DNA of 63,980 bases, filler included, from Octopus bimaculoides (taxonomy: Eukaryota): NCBI RefSeq assembly GCF_001194135.2. It is 7 parts of 6 records of this genome, joined end to end, with 100 filler letters (N's around TTAATTAATTAA, not from the genome) between each part and the next. Parts side by side here need not be neighbours in the genome. Positions count along the whole stretch, not along the records: positions 9,312 to 40,702 come from NC_069000.1; positions 40,803 to 45,399 come from NC_068985.1; positions 45,500 to 54,287 come from NW_026437974.1; 4 more parts are not named here. One strand, given 5' to 3'. Below the pieces are notes generated by a model. It worked only from the letters and a program-made list of their open reading frames with translations. It had not been told where the DNA came from and did not search any database. Shown piece after piece: positions 38,401-51,633 of the stretch. Position 1 is the stretch's first letter, and the number at the start of each line of letters is the position of its first letter. The position numbers and the translations under genes were made by a program.

Positions 38401-39699
38401 GTCAACAACTGAGGAGGAGTTAGACTTCTTTTAGTATTTTGTCCCATACTTGTCTCTCGTTATATGTTTACGTATTTTTCACTCATTGTTGATGTCCTGT
38501 TCCTATTGTGTATTTTTTAGTATTTTGTCCTGTACATATTTCTTGTGTGTTTACGTGTTTTTTGGACACTGGTGATGTCTTCTACTTAATTATAAACTAA
38601 GAGGTATATTATAGGTTTTAAAAGTTTTTAGTATTAATCCATACATGATATTATAGTTTCTTAGGGGTATTTAATTAGAACAGAGGAAGAATAATTTCAT
38701 CGTCATTTTTGTGATGAACCTGAATTGCAACATTGTACAATTCACTAAAATATTCAACTATATTACCCCAAGATAAAATTTCCCCTGTATTATCATCATT
38801 GGTTTACTAGAGTCTTGCCCCTTTAATTGACAGCTAACATCTTAATTTAAGATTTCCTTTACCAAATCTCATTATATTACTTCAGATTAAGCTTGATAGT
38901 TTTATGCCTATACCCACTATGATTTCTGTCGACTCCCTCAGCCCCTTTCGTAACAGACACTGATCCTTGTTCCTTGGCCTTNNNNNNNNNNNNNNNNNNN
39001 NNNNNNNNNNNNNNNNNNNNNNNNNNNNNNNNNNNNNNNNNNNNNNNNNNNNNNNNNNNNNNNNNNNNNNNNNNNNNNNNNNNNNNNNNNNNNNNNNNNN
39101 NNNNNNNNNNNNNNNNNNNNNNNNNNNNNNNNNNNNNNNNNNNNNNNNNNNNNNNNNNNNNNNNNNNNNNNNNNNNNNNNNNNNNNNNNNNNNNNNNNNN
39201 NNNNNNNNNNNNNNNNNNNNNNNNNNNNNNNNNNNNNNNNNNNNNNNNNNNNNNNNNNNNNNNNNNNNNNNNNNNNNNNNNNNNNNNNNNNNNNNNNNNN
39301 NNNNNNNNNNNNNNNNNNNNNNNNNNNNNNNNNNNNNNNNNNNNNNNNNNNNNNNNNNNNNNNNNNNNNNNNNNNNNNNNNNNNNNNNNNNNNNNNNNNN
39401 NNNNNNNNNNNNNNNNNNNNNNNNNNNNNNNNNNNNNNNNNNNNNNNNNNNNNNNNNNNNNNNNNNNNNNNNNNNNNNNNNNNNNNNNNNNNNNNNNNNN
39501 NNNNNNNNNNNNNNNNNNNNNNNNNNNNNNNNNNNNNNNNNNNNNNNNNNNNNNNNNNNNNNNNNNNNNNNNNNNNNNNNNNNNNNNNNNNNNNNNNNNN
39601 NNNNNNNNNNNNNNNNNNNNNNNNNNNNNNNNNNNNNNNNNNNNNNNNNNNNNNNNNNNNNNNNNNNNNNNNNNNNNNNNNNNNNNNNNNNNNNNTATA

Positions 39700-39869
39700 C
39701 ATATATATATATGACGGGCTTCTTTCAGTTTCTGTCTACTAAATCCACTCACAAGGCTTTGGTCGGCGCGAGGCTATAGTAGAAGATTCTTGCCCAAGGT
39801 GTCACACAGTGGGACTGAACCTCGAACCATGTGGTTGGTAAGCAAGCTACTTACCACACAGCCACTCCT
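39700..39869 (-). mobile_element. SINE family A head
   Basis: rc ggagtggctgtgtggtaagtagcttgcttaccaaccacatggttcgaggttcagtccc. Confidence 0.8.
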
Positions 39870-40379
39870 ATGTATGTATGTGTATATAGGTATAAGTTAG
39901 GATTGTTTAAACATTCAAGTGGTAGGCTAGAAGTGTTTAAGCAACTAAGGGATAATTAAATCCGAAGGCGCTCCTGGAGATTACCTGTGTGAGTACTGTC
40001 TTTGTTAGAAGGTATCCAGAGGCAGGTAATTTATCATGTAAACTGTAGTTTATAAGTATAATCATGTAGAGAATGGTGAAACAAACACAGGAAGAAGCTG
40101 GTTGATTGTGCTAGTTAGCCATTAATTTTATCAATTAGATAGAGATTATGTAATGTTCCATTTACGATCGTTTCGATTTGCCAATTTAATTTGCAGATCT
40201 CTTCAGAATGCTGAGAAGTCTGTATAAATGCATAGTGTGAGAGATGAAGGTATGGAAAGGTGGAGGGTATACTAATGTATAAGAATGCATATAGTGGTGT
40301 GAGAATAGAGGTAAGTTATAGTGAATCTTACATACATACTAGCAGGGATACCTGGTCTTGCTCGGGATTAAAATGGCTT

Positions 40380-40680
40380 GTTTTTTAATTGATTTACTTG
40401 TTTCAGTCATGTGACTGCAGCCATGCTGAAGCACCGCCATTGATCGAACAAATCAACTGCAGGATTTATTCTTTGTAATCTTTGTACTTATTCTATTAGA
40501 GTGTTTTACTGAACCGTTAACTTATGGGAATGTAAACACAGCAATATCAGTTGTCAAGTAATGGTGGGGGTACAAACACAGACAAATACACATACAAATA
40601 TACACATATATACGACAGTCTTCTTTCAGTTTCCGTGTACGAAATCCACTCACAAGGCTTTGATCAGCCTGAGGCTATAA
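40380..40680 (-). mobile_element. SINE family A
   Basis: Diverged reverse complement of the body and tail. Confidence 0.7.
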
Positions 40681-41805
40681 TATATATATATATATATATA
40701 TANNNNNNNNNNNNNNNNNNNNNNNNNNNNNNNNNNNNNNNNNNNNTTAATTAATTAANNNNNNNNNNNNNNNNNNNNNNNNNNNNNNNNNNNNNNNNNN
40801 NNTATATATGTATATATATACACACACAACCGGTCCCCAAGAACCGTCCCCTTCCCTTGCTTATCCGCAGTCTCTGTGATATCCATTCCCTCTCTTTCTC
40901 TCCATCTATCTTACTCCTCTTAACTAACATCATTACGTCTTTCTTGCTTGCGCACCTATCTCCACTTTACCACATTCCAACACACCTTATGTTTCTTCCC
41001 ATTTTACACAACATAGCTAATTATATATTTACTACACTGCTACCTGCCCTTTCCCATCCACAGCCAATCTTGTCACATTTTATTCCAAACGCTTCATTCA
41101 AAACTTCCCGAAAACTTACCTTCCACAAACTATTCTGTCATTGCATTTTCCTTTACATATAAACGATGTGTTTTGTTTTTTGCTTCCTCCGTTCTTTTTA
41201 CTCACTTACAACAACCTTAATTGACCTATCCTTCGATAAACCCCACCTTTTCAATAACCTACCTATCCAGGCAACGTCACTAATTAGTTATCAGACGCAA
41301 ATTATTCATCAAAGACCATGAATAACACTTCATTAGACAGCACGTTCTATATCACATTATTTTCTAATATCATGACTGCTTGACAGTATATTTACTGAAT
41401 TCAACGCTGACAAGTAGTCTGTCTGATTTTATATGTATGTATGTATGTATGTATGTATATATGTGTGTACGTATGTAGGTATGTTTGTATGAGTGTATGT
41501 ATGCAAACACGTACATATGTGGGTATGTATATAAACATGTATATATGAATGTTTGTATGATATTCTGCATATATATATATATATATATATCTGTATGTAT
41601 GTGTGTGTTTGTGTGTGTGTTTTTTAATGCATATGTATCTATAATAAACTGATATATAAAAACCTACATAGAGTTATACGCACTTGCATAGGTTCATATT
41701 CATGCACACACACACACACACGAGATGATGTCAAAAATTATCTTCACTTTCGGCAACACTTTCTGAGTTGGTCACACTGCTTTCGGTGCTCGCGTGTTAA
41801 AAGGC

Positions 41806-42182
41806 TTATTACCTCCGCCTTAGCGAAGGCGGAGGTATTGTTTGCAGTCGTGTTTATTTGTTTGTTTGTCGGTGGACAAGATATCTCAAGAACCGCTAGA
41901 TGGCTTCAGACGAAACTTTCAGGGACGTTTGGCCTTGTGATTGGCACGAACTGATTAGATTTTAGGATCGATCCAGTACCGGACACAGATTCGGGATTAT
42001 TTTCCCGTTTGTTTTACTTAATTTTTGAGAGTGGTTGGGTTCATTTTTAGTATTCTCGTTTGTGAGAGCAATCGAGTTTATTTCAGATATTCTCATTTTA
42101 AAAATCATTTCTGGCTAATTGTTGAGAGGACGTTGGTATTGCCTTGGCGGAGGTTTGTACTCTCTGAGTGATCTTGTTCTTA
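41806..42182 (+). mobile_element. Helentron-type non-autonomous element (HINE/DINE-1-like)
   Basis: 5' ttattacctccgcct...aggcggaggta (subTIR plus internal inverted repeat), a (gttt)n tract, and a 3' subTIR ggcggaggt (42146-42154) followed by the short hairpin actc-tct-gagt. Confidence 0.75.
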
Positions 42183-42254
42183 TTGTTATGCAACTGAAAT
42201 TTGACCTTGATCACTTCAGTTTTCTTTCTTGTGTTACAGAGTAGACGTAACTGT

Positions 42255-43290
42255 TTCATTCGCAGTGTGCAGGAAGAAAAGACAACTGTGATCGAATTTC
42301 TCTTGTCTGAAGTGTGTCAGAGGTTGGAATTCATCGCAGGCTTTCAGTACAAAAGAGGGACAGGGCTCTGCAGTATAGAAACGCATGTGTGTGTGTGTGA
42401 GGGTATCAGGAATTTTTAAAAGGCCAGACACGTGTGAAGCACGAAGACGGTTCAGGATTCTCATCAACCTCTATCACAACGTGAAGATTCAACAAACCCG
42501 AGAGACGGTTCTCATGAACCGACAAGTGATCATAGATTAAGTGGCATGTTTTCTGCAAATTAGTCGTGGTTCTGCATACGAAATCATCCAGGACAAGCTT
42601 CGCTTCCGTAAAGTCTTGTGAGGCGGGTACAAAGAGAGCTTACCGAAGCACATAAGCACAATCATGTGGAGATCTCTCAACACTTATTCGACCGCTACAA
42701 TGAAGAAAGTGAATTTTGTTTTGGGATAAATAGTCGCAGCAGATGAAATTTGGGTCCATCAATGAGCCAGAACCCAAAGGTGGAGGGGAATCGACTGGAA
42801 TCGCTTGCGAAAAAGAAATTCAAGAATCAACCTTTCGTAGAAAAAGTGATGCTCACCTTTTTGGGGAAGGCAAAAGGGCCTACTATACTGGAACAATACC
42901 CAGAAAAGGGATCTACAATCACTAATGTAGGCAACAGTGAATTACTGGGCAACAAACTGAATTCGCATCAAATGCTGCATCAAATAAAGTGTTGTTGCTC
43001 GACACCATTGAAATGATTGAAAAATTCGGTTTCGAATTACTGGAAGACCTTGCATACTATTCAAATCTTGCTCTATCCGGCCATCACCTCTTTGGATTGC
43101 CCAAGCATCCTTCACGAGGTTGTCGAATTCATACAGACGAGGAAGTGGAGGAAGTGTTGTATAATTGTCTGTGAGACCAGCCGAAAACCTTCTACTCCAA
43201 TGGAATAAGCAAGCTTGTGAACTGCTGGGAGAAGTGCATTGCAAATCAAGGAGACTATGTTGAAGAATGGTGTAATTGTTCAACCCCTGT
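42255..43290 (+). mobile_element. Near full-length degenerate mariner transposase
   Basis: ISRGSAYEIIQDKLRFRKV, DE.WVH..EPE.K, KKFKNQPFVEKVMLTF, KFGFELLEDLAYYS.LA..GHHLFG and GISKLVNCWEKCIANQGDYVE across frames. Confidence 0.85.
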
Positions 43291-44714
43291 GTTTTCAATG
43301 TATTAAAGCTCTTTATGCGTAGGTATTCGTAACGTTTTGTTTTAGTTCATATACCTCATAGCGTTATCTCCTTTATATTGTACATATTTCTAAACTGTGC
43401 AGATCCGCATTTGGATTATCTTTATTTGCAGATATTAATATTTTTGTTCTAAAGATTGTTTAACATCAATTGATATTGATTCTTCGATTAGTAGTGATCG
43501 AGCTTGATTTGAGCTTTCTTTTTCTGTCTAGCCTAACCAATTCGTTTAGCAACCGACTGAGAATATTATAACTTATTATTAGGATAACTACAGTATTTAT
43601 GTTGTTTTATTTTTTAAAAACTGTAGCTATAGTTTATGTATTCATCTAATGCGTTTTTAATACTCCTTTCTAAAATTTTCTTTCATTTGTGTTATGCACT
43701 ATCGTGTTCATTGATTTCCAAGCATTTTTAAGCCAGCGTTTGCTGTAGATCTCTTATCTCAAATTACTTTATCTAGCATGATAAACTGTTCTTAATTAAT
43801 TTTCCTCTCTTCAAGGTTACTATGGCATATTCCTCTAATCCAAATTCTATATCAATTCCCCTCGTAAATCTTTCAACAATATACAGCAGTAATTATAGTT
43901 ATCAACTGCAGCATACAAAAGAGGGCTCATTTTCCCGACTATTTAATCGAATCTTGCTTTGTTTAGGCGGGCTTTCGAAATAGCAGTCACAGATAAAATA
44001 GAATTTTTGTGGGGTTTTTTCCGGTATTTTTCGTCGTTGCATAATATCGCACATTCTAAACCACATAATTTGCATTGAAAATAAAAATTTAATGCCCATG
44101 TTTTTCTAACTTCTTCACTTCCTCTCTGCATCGTGCCTTCCGAGTAACTGTCACTGAATTGTCAGTTAAAGATAGTAGTACGGGGCAGTACCTACGTTTG
44201 CGAGCCAATATATGTCTACGTAGTCGCAAGAAGACGTAGACTCCCTCTCGGTCCCTTAAATTCCGAAGAACATACAGGATGTAATAGTCAGCGGAAGTGA
44301 GGGTACATCATCACTCTGCTGATACTCATTACAGCTGAGTAAGCTCGAGGAATGTGATATGAAGCGCCTTGCTCAAGGACACAACGTGCTTCCTTGTCTT
44401 GGAATTGAACTCACGAACTGAAGACCACGAGTGGTACATGACCATAAGCCTTGTGGTCATGAGCAATCACTAAGCTATGTGCATTCACGGACAGGATAAA
44501 GAGCTGATGACAGAAGTTTTCCCCTCCGATTTTCTTTGTTCTCCTCAAACCTTTCAGGCACCACTTGAAAGCGTAGAATATTGGCTGTAGTTCCAAGCTT
44601 TATATAGCTTCGTCTGTCAATGTTCTGAGTTCAAACCCTGCTGGAGTTAACAGTTTTCTACCTCACAAGTTTTGATATACAGGGTGCAGTAGAAGTTACA
44701 CCCTTTTAACAGTT

Positions 44715-45030
44715 AATAAGTGTCTTCTACTATAGCTCCGAGCCAACAAGACGGAAACTGTGAGGAAGCCTGTCAAATAGTATATGTTTACCGGCGTGTG
44801 CCTTTGTGTTTATGTTGTGCTTGCATCTTCCCGCACACACATCGTTTGATAACAGGTGTTGGTCTGTTTATGTCCCTATAACCTAGCAGTTCGGCAAAAG
44901 AGATTGATGAAATAAGTAACATAAAAATGGTAATAAATACTGAAGTCGATTTGTTCGAATTAAGTCTTTCAAGGCAGTGCCCCAGCATGGTCACAGTTCA
45001 ATGACTAAAACAAATAAAAGATAAAATGAT
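44715..45030 (+). mobile_element. SINE family A, diverged
   Basis: gtgtcttctactatagc...tagcagttcggcaaaagaga...cccagcatggtcacagttcaatgactaaaac. Confidence 0.7.
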
Positions 45031-46211
45031 AAAAAGAAAAAATTAATATATTGATAAAGGCTGCAGTTGTTTTCTGGTGCCCGTAATGCTGGATCTATTT
45101 CTTTACTAAAGTCCCCCTCCCATTTACGCATATTTTGTTTTCCTTGTACCAATGTTACAAAGTCATTCGCTAACGTCATTTGTTGTTACAGTCAGTTGTT
45201 ATTGCTTTTCCAGCTGGTGCTACACATGAAATCGTTTGCTGTATCCAGGACCAGAGCTACACCACTAGTCAGTTGCTATGACTGATAGCATTGCATTAGA
45301 AACTAGAGACTGTTCCAAAAAGATAAGCTAAACTCTTGAAAATAATATACAAATATAACGAGTGAGAGAGGGGCATAGTTAAATATATATATATATATAN
45401 NNNNNNNNNNNNNNNNNNNNNNNNNNNNNNNNNNNNNNNNNNNTTAATTAATTAANNNNNNNNNNNNNNNNNNNNNNNNNNNNNNNNNNNNNNNNNNNNA
45501 ACACTCTATATTTATTCACGATATTTTCTTGAAACGACCAAAGCATTTCTAAGCTTTCATCATTATATCTTCATTGATTATGGTGTACAGAATTTGAACT
45601 AAATCTGCTTCCCTCACTAATGATGAAATATAATATATCCAACCTGTGAACCCTGCTGATTTGTTAACCAATTTTCCTGTATCATTAGAGACTAAATTTG
45701 ATTTGGTATGCGGTTGGTAGAGGGTACTTACTGCTGATAACTTTCAAAGTAGTACAAATATGAATTCAGCAATTCCATCGCCGCTGCTAGATGCTATTTG
45801 TTTATTACTGGGGCATTTCTGTAATTTTTAACACACCACCTCTATATGAGTTGCCTTCCAGAAACTAATAACGCAGTTTCCTGATTTCAAAAGTGTATCT
45901 ACATTGAATGGCCTGTTTAAAGTGGGGAAGCACGAAAATATACAGAGTCACCTTAAAATGTTGCTATAATTAGGTTCACTTGTATGTGTTCGATTTAGAT
46001 ATTCTTTATTCCGTTATATTATTTCTCTTAATAACCAGAATCTATTTCACGCTTATTTTTCTCAGGAATTTCACAAGGGAAGATGTCATGGTTGTTATAT
46101 TTGGGGCGCTTTTGCTTACAAATTTTACTGAAGTCTACTTCGTGTGTAATCTATTATTTGTTTGTGTATTTGTACGAGTGTATTTCTCTGTGTGTTTGTG
46201 TGTCTGCGTGC

Positions 46212-46248
<37 letters not shown>

Positions 46249-47769
46249 CGTGTATTCATGCACCTATAGTGTAAGATAGATCTCGTGAATTTACCTTCAC
46301 CTTAATCAAAGAAATCTATTGACAGCTGTTGGAGCTGTCACTACAGATTCTAGCAGACTGCTATAGACGTCTTTGTATCATCCCTGACGTATACACATTC
46401 TCGACAGGCCAGTTACAGCAATATTTGTCCTGAGATAACATCTTTCTCTCATTGTCCTCTCAGAGAATATATTACTAAGGTAACTAGCCTATCGACAGTG
46501 TGTATATCCTTTCAATATGATACACAATTGGCTATTTTAATTAAATATTAATTCAAATGTGTACATCAAACATAATGGTATATTCATTAAATGCTTATAT
46601 TTTCTCATTCTGAAACCCAAACAAATTCTTTTCTAACTCTGCAGAGGTGTACGNNNNNNNNNNNNNNNNNNNNNNNNNNNNNNNNNNNNNNNNNNNNNNN
46701 NNNNNNNNNNNNNNNNNNNNNNNNNNNNNNNNNNNNNNNNNNNNNNNNNNNNNNNNNNNNNNNNNNNNNNNNNNNNNNNNNNNNNNNNNNNNNNNNNNNN
46801 NNNNNNNNNNNNNNNNNNNNNNNNNNNNNNNNNNNNNNNNNNNNNNNNNNNNNNNNNNNNNNNNNNNNNNNNNNNNNNNNNNNNNNNNNNNNNNNNNNNN
46901 NNNNNNNNNNNNNNNNNNNNNNNNNNNNNNNNNNNNNNNNNNNNNNNNNNNNNNNNNNNNNNNNNNNNNNNNNNNNNNNNNNNNNNNNNNNNNNNNNNNN
47001 NNNNNNNNNNNNNNNNNNNNNNNNNNNNNNNNNNNNNNNNNNNNNNNNNNNNNNNNNNNNNNNNNNNNNNNNNNNNNNNNNNNNNNNNNNNNNNNNNNNN
47101 NNNNNNNNNNNNNNNNNNNNNNNNNNNNNNNNNNNNNNNNNNNNNNNNNNNNNNNNNNNNNNNNNNNNNNNNNNNNNNNNNNNNNNNNNNNNNNNNNNNN
47201 NNNNNNNNNNNNNNNNNNNNNNNNNNNNNNNNNNNNNNNNNNNNNNNNNNNNNNNNNNNNNNNNNNNNNNNNNNNNNNNNNNNNNNNNNNNNNNNNNNNN
47301 NNNNNNNNNNNNNNNNNNNNNNNNNNNNNNNNNNNNNNNNNNNNNNNNNNNNNNNNNNNNNNNNNNNNNNNNNNNNNNNNNNNNNNNNNNNNNNNNNNNN
47401 NNNNNNNNNNNNNNNNNNNNNNNNNNNNNNNNNNNNNNNNNNNNNNNNNNNNNNNNNNNNNNNNNNNNNNNNNNNNNNNNNNNNNNNNNNNNNNNNNNNN
47501 NNNNNNNNNNNNNNNNNNNNNNNNNNNNNNNNNNNATTGACAGCCCTCTCACCACCACCACCACCACCAATATGAAAGCTATGTCTGCTATGATCACCAC
47601 CGGCAACAGCAGCAACAGCAGCAGCAACAACGACAACAACAACAATAACAGCAACAACAGTGCATCAAAACCAACCACGACCAAAGTCTCTGCTACTAAA
47701 GCAGTCTCCACAGCTACCGACACCACCACCACTATTAAGCCAACAAGGACCAAAACTAAAATTAAAAAT

Positions 47770-48070
47770 ACCTGAAAAAATCATTCATGATGTACAAAAA
47801 CAAACCATCATATACAAAATTTTGAACACAAAAACAAGAAAACCAGAGCAACCAGCAACAGAAATTATTGAACAATGTTTGTATCCCATATTGGCCCACA
47901 AGAAATACATAAACTGGGCAAACAGTTTCGCCAGCGTGCAGGTTAGATTTGACAGCGAAGAGAAAGCGAAATAGTTGTCCACGCTGACTCTTCGTTCCGA
48001 ACATATAATATTGGTGCCCATGTACCTTGGACAAAGGGTAACCAGAGTATCGATAAAAAATGTCCCTCCA
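47770..48070 (+). mobile_element. Possible LINE ORF1 (L1/Tx1-like) fragment
   Basis: VQVRFDSEEKAK*LSTL...LVPMYLGQRVTRVSIKNVPP resembles RRM-type ORF1 segments. Recognised from memory only. Confidence 0.4.
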
Positions 48071-48081
48071 GNNNNNNNNNN

Positions 48082-48385
48082 GTCTTCTACTATTGCCTCG
48101 GGCCGACCAAAGCCTTGTGAGTGGATTTGATTTGATAGAAGGAAACTGAAAGAAGTCTGTCGTATATACGTGTGTGTGTTTGATTGTTTGTCCTCCCAAC
48201 ATCGCTTGACAACCAATGCTGGTGTGTTTACGACTTCGTAATTTAGCAGTTCGGCAAAAGAGAATGATAGAATAAGTACTAGGCTTACAAAGAATAAGTC
48301 CTGGGGCTGATTTGCTCGACTAAATGCGGTGCTCCAGCATGGCCGCAGTCAAATGACTGAAACGAATACAAGAATAGAAGCACAA
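48082..48385 (+). mobile_element. SINE family A
   Basis: gtcttctactattgcctcgggccgaccaaagccttgtgagtggatt...ggccgcagtcaaatgactgaaac. Confidence 0.8.
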
Positions 48386-49495
48386 GAGAATATTTTCTAA
48401 ATATGATTGAAATGGTAGCATTAATGCATATATACACACATACATGTACATGCCTACATATATATGTATATATACATGCATATATGAGTACAAGATGTCA
48501 AAAACACTTGAACAAAATGAGAAACGAGAACATAAAAACAAAAGCATGGAAAACGAACGTTTTTCGAACAACGAAAGAAACAAATAGAGAAACGAGACAG
48601 GCAACATAAAGAATATTCCCTTCATCAGTTGTCCCATGTTTTATCAACTCCGCATTTCGAACGTGGGGGCAAGACGCGACTTCATTAAAACTTCTTCCTG
48701 CAAGGCAAATCAAATAAAATTTGGGTTATTTTGCGGAGGGTTAAAATGGTAACAAAAATAGGATAGTGAGAACAAAACAGTAAAAGCAAAGGGTGAGGGA
48801 GAGAAAAACAGAAAGGAAGAAGAGAGGGAGATAGAATAGAGATAGGTTGTAGNNNNNNNNNNNNNNNNNNNNNNNNNNNNNNNNNNNNNNNNNNNNNNNN
48901 NNNNNNNNNNNNNNNNNNNNNNNNNNNNNNNNNNNNNNNNNNNNNNNNNNNNNNNNNNNNNNNNNNNNNNNNNNNNNNNNNNNNNNNNNNNNNNNNNNNN
49001 NNNNNNNNNNNNNNNNNNNNNNNNNNNNNNNNNNNNNNNNNNNNNNNNNNNNNNNNNNNNNNNNNNNNNNNNNNNNNNNNNNNNNNNNNNNNNNNNNNNN
49101 NNNNNNNNNNNNNNNNNNNNNNNNNNNNNNNNNNNNNNNNNNNNNNNNNNNNNNNNNNNNNNNNNNNNNNNNNNNNNNNNNNNNNNNNNNNNNNNNNNNN
49201 NNNNNNNNNNNNNNNNNNNNNNNNNNNNNNNNNNNNNNNNNNNNNNNNNNNNATATGCATATATACACACATACATGTACATGCCTACATGATATGTATA
49301 TATATATATATATGCATATACGAGTACATGACGTCATGTATGTCTATAGATAGATAGATAGATAGATAGATAGATGTCTAGTCCCATTTTGTGTCTTTCG
49401 TTAAGAAATTATTCAACGGAGCTCTTAACGCATATGTTTTAGTTATGTACACCTGGTAATAACTTACCAGACCTAAAAATGCCTGTAATGTTGTT

Positions 49496-49840
49496 TTAAA
49501 AAGACAAAGAAGTTGAAAACATACAAAACTGCTCTTTTCTTTTTTCTCTTGTATGAATACATTTGTGTCCAGTTAAAGCATCACTTACAGTGAATGATTT
49601 CCCACATGTACCACACTCATGTAGCTTCTATTCTGAATGAATATAATTGTGTCTAGTTAAGTCATTATTTCGAGAGAATGATTTACTACAGATATCACAA
49701 TGATATGTATAAATACGTTCGTGTTTATTTAAATGACTATTTTGAGAGAACACTTTATCACAGATATCACAATGATAAGGCATCTCTCCTGTATGAACAC
49801 GTTTGTGTGTAGTTAGGTTACCACTGGAAGTAAAAGATTT
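49496..49840 (-). other. 3' continuation of the zinc-finger array (fingers 11-13)
   Basis: Reads [56 protein letters not shown] at 49628-49630, then KLHECGTCGKSFTVSDALTGHKCIHTREK to TAA at 49496-49498. In frame with the main ORF if one 64-bp copy is removed. Confidence 0.8.
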
Positions 49841-49897
49841 AAGGCATCTCTCCTGTATGAACANNNNNNNNNNAGGTTACCACTGGAAGTAAAAGAT

Positions 49898-50824
49898 TTA
49901 AGGCATCTCTCCTGTATGAACACGTTTGTGTGTAGTTAGGTTACCACTGGAAGTAAAAGATTTACCACAGATATCACAGTGATATGGCATCTGTCCTGTA
50001 TGAACACGTTTGTGTTTACTTAAATGACTATTTTGAGAGAACACTTTACCACAGATATCACAATGATATGGCATCTCTCCTGTATGAATACGTTTGTGTC
50101 TAGTTAGGTTACCACTGGAAGTAAAATATTTACCACAGATATCACATCGATATGGCTTTTCACCTGTATGAATATATTTGTGTTCAGTTAGGCGACTGTT
50201 TTTAGAGAATGATTTGCCACAGATATCACAGCAATATGGCTTCTCACTTGTATGAATGCATTTGTGTCTAGTTATGTCTGCACTGCAGGTGAAAGATTTA
50301 CCACAGATATCACAGTGACATTGTTTCTCTCCCGTATGTGTGTGTTTGTGTTTTGTTAAGTTATTATTTTGAGAGAATGACTTACCACAGATATCAAAGT
50401 GATATGGCTTCTCTCCTGTATGAATACGTTTGTGTCTAGTTAGGTTACCACTGGAAGTAAAAGATTTACCACAGATATCACATCGATATGGCTTTACACC
50501 TGTATGAATATATTTGTGTACAGTTAAGTTACTATTTTGAGAGAATGAATTACCACAGATATCGCAGTGATATTGTTTCTCTCCCATATGAGTTTGTTTC
50601 TGAACAATTAGATTACTTTTTTGAGAATGAGATTTTTTACAGACGTCAGTCATATGACAAATTTGGTTTGTCTTCACTCCCTTATCAGTATGTTTGTGCA
50701 TAATTAGGCTACTTTTCTGAGAGAAAGATTTTTGGCAAACATCACAGTCACATGACAAATTTTGTCTCCCTTTTATAACGTCTTCATGGGAAATCAGTTC
50801 TTTAAGTTTCTCTTTCTTCTCCAT
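49898..50824 (-). CDS. Tandem C2H2 zinc-finger protein (308 aa as assembled, 10 finger units, 3 of them degenerate)
   Basis: Repeated [10 protein letters not shown]-x-L-x2-H-x3-H units with TGEKP-type linkers. ATG at 50824 (MEKKE...). The TAA at 49898-49900 is created by a 64-bp duplication junction next to a 10-N gap. Confidence 0.92.
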   Translation of the reverse strand: MEKKEKLKELISHEDVIKGRQNLSCDCDVCQKSFSQKSSLIMHKHTDKGVKTNQICHMTDVCKKSHSQKSNLIVQKQTHMGEKQYHCDICGNSFSQNSNLTVHKYIHTGVKPYRCDICGKSFTSSGNLTRHKRIHTGEKPYHFDICGKSFSQNNNLTKHKHTHTGEKQCHCDICGKSFTCSADITRHKCIHTSEKPYCCDICGKSFSKNSRLTEHKYIHTGEKPYRCDICGKYFTSSGNLTRHKRIHTGEMPYHCDICGKVFSQNSHLSKHKRVHTGQMPYHCDICGKSFTSSGNLTTHKRVHTGEMP

Positions 50825-51166
50825 TATTATTCTTCCCAAATGTTAATGTATATATATTTTTCCTTGGTTTTTTTCTTATAGTTTACTCTTACAAATATTT
50901 CCACATCTGTAATTTCATCCACTGTTACCTTTCTCTAACAATACTTAGGTTAATTTATCTAAGTGTAATCAATGCACAAACTATTCTTCTTGATATTCCA
51001 GTGAGTGATGTTTCAAAATTTTGCAAATAATCTCAGGCGAGAGCAAATATTTCATAGGAATTCTTCCACAGATTTAGAGAAACATTGTTATAAATCTGTT
51101 TCTGTACAAGATATTTCTTTAGTCACTGAGAATGTATCTTCTGTTAATCCAATGACATTTGATATT

Positions 51167-51180
51167 CTGAAACAATAAAG
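51167..51180 (-). promoter_or_regulatory. Probable splice acceptor opening the zinc-finger coding exon
   Basis: Minus strand reads ctttattgtttcag|aatatc, about 340 nt upstream of the ATG. Confidence 0.45.
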
Positions 51181-51633
51181 AAATAACAGCGTAAGACACA
51201 GAGGCTACTTGAAGCAGAAACAGGACGTTTCTGGAGAGATAAACTCTAGAAACAAAACATCTGCTGGAACAACTGAACTTATCAATTTATTCACATTTAC
51301 ATCACAGAATCTCACATGAAGCTTACATATTTCTAAACTACAACTACACCTTCACATTGTGTACCATTCTTTAAATTAAACTACACAGTTGTGGACAATA
51401 ACATTATTTTCCTTCCTGAAATATAACTTTATTGCTCTTTGACCCTGAGACAGCCCTCGCTGAGCAGAAATATGACTATAGACATTCCATCTATGAACAT
51501 CATGTCTTTCTCTTAATCATTGTAAAAATAGAACATCATCCGATGAAGTCTTCAATATTAATAACTGAAAGGTGATACTTAGGGAGGGGTACAAATCGGT
51601 GGTCAAGCGATGTTGGGGGGACAAACACAGACA

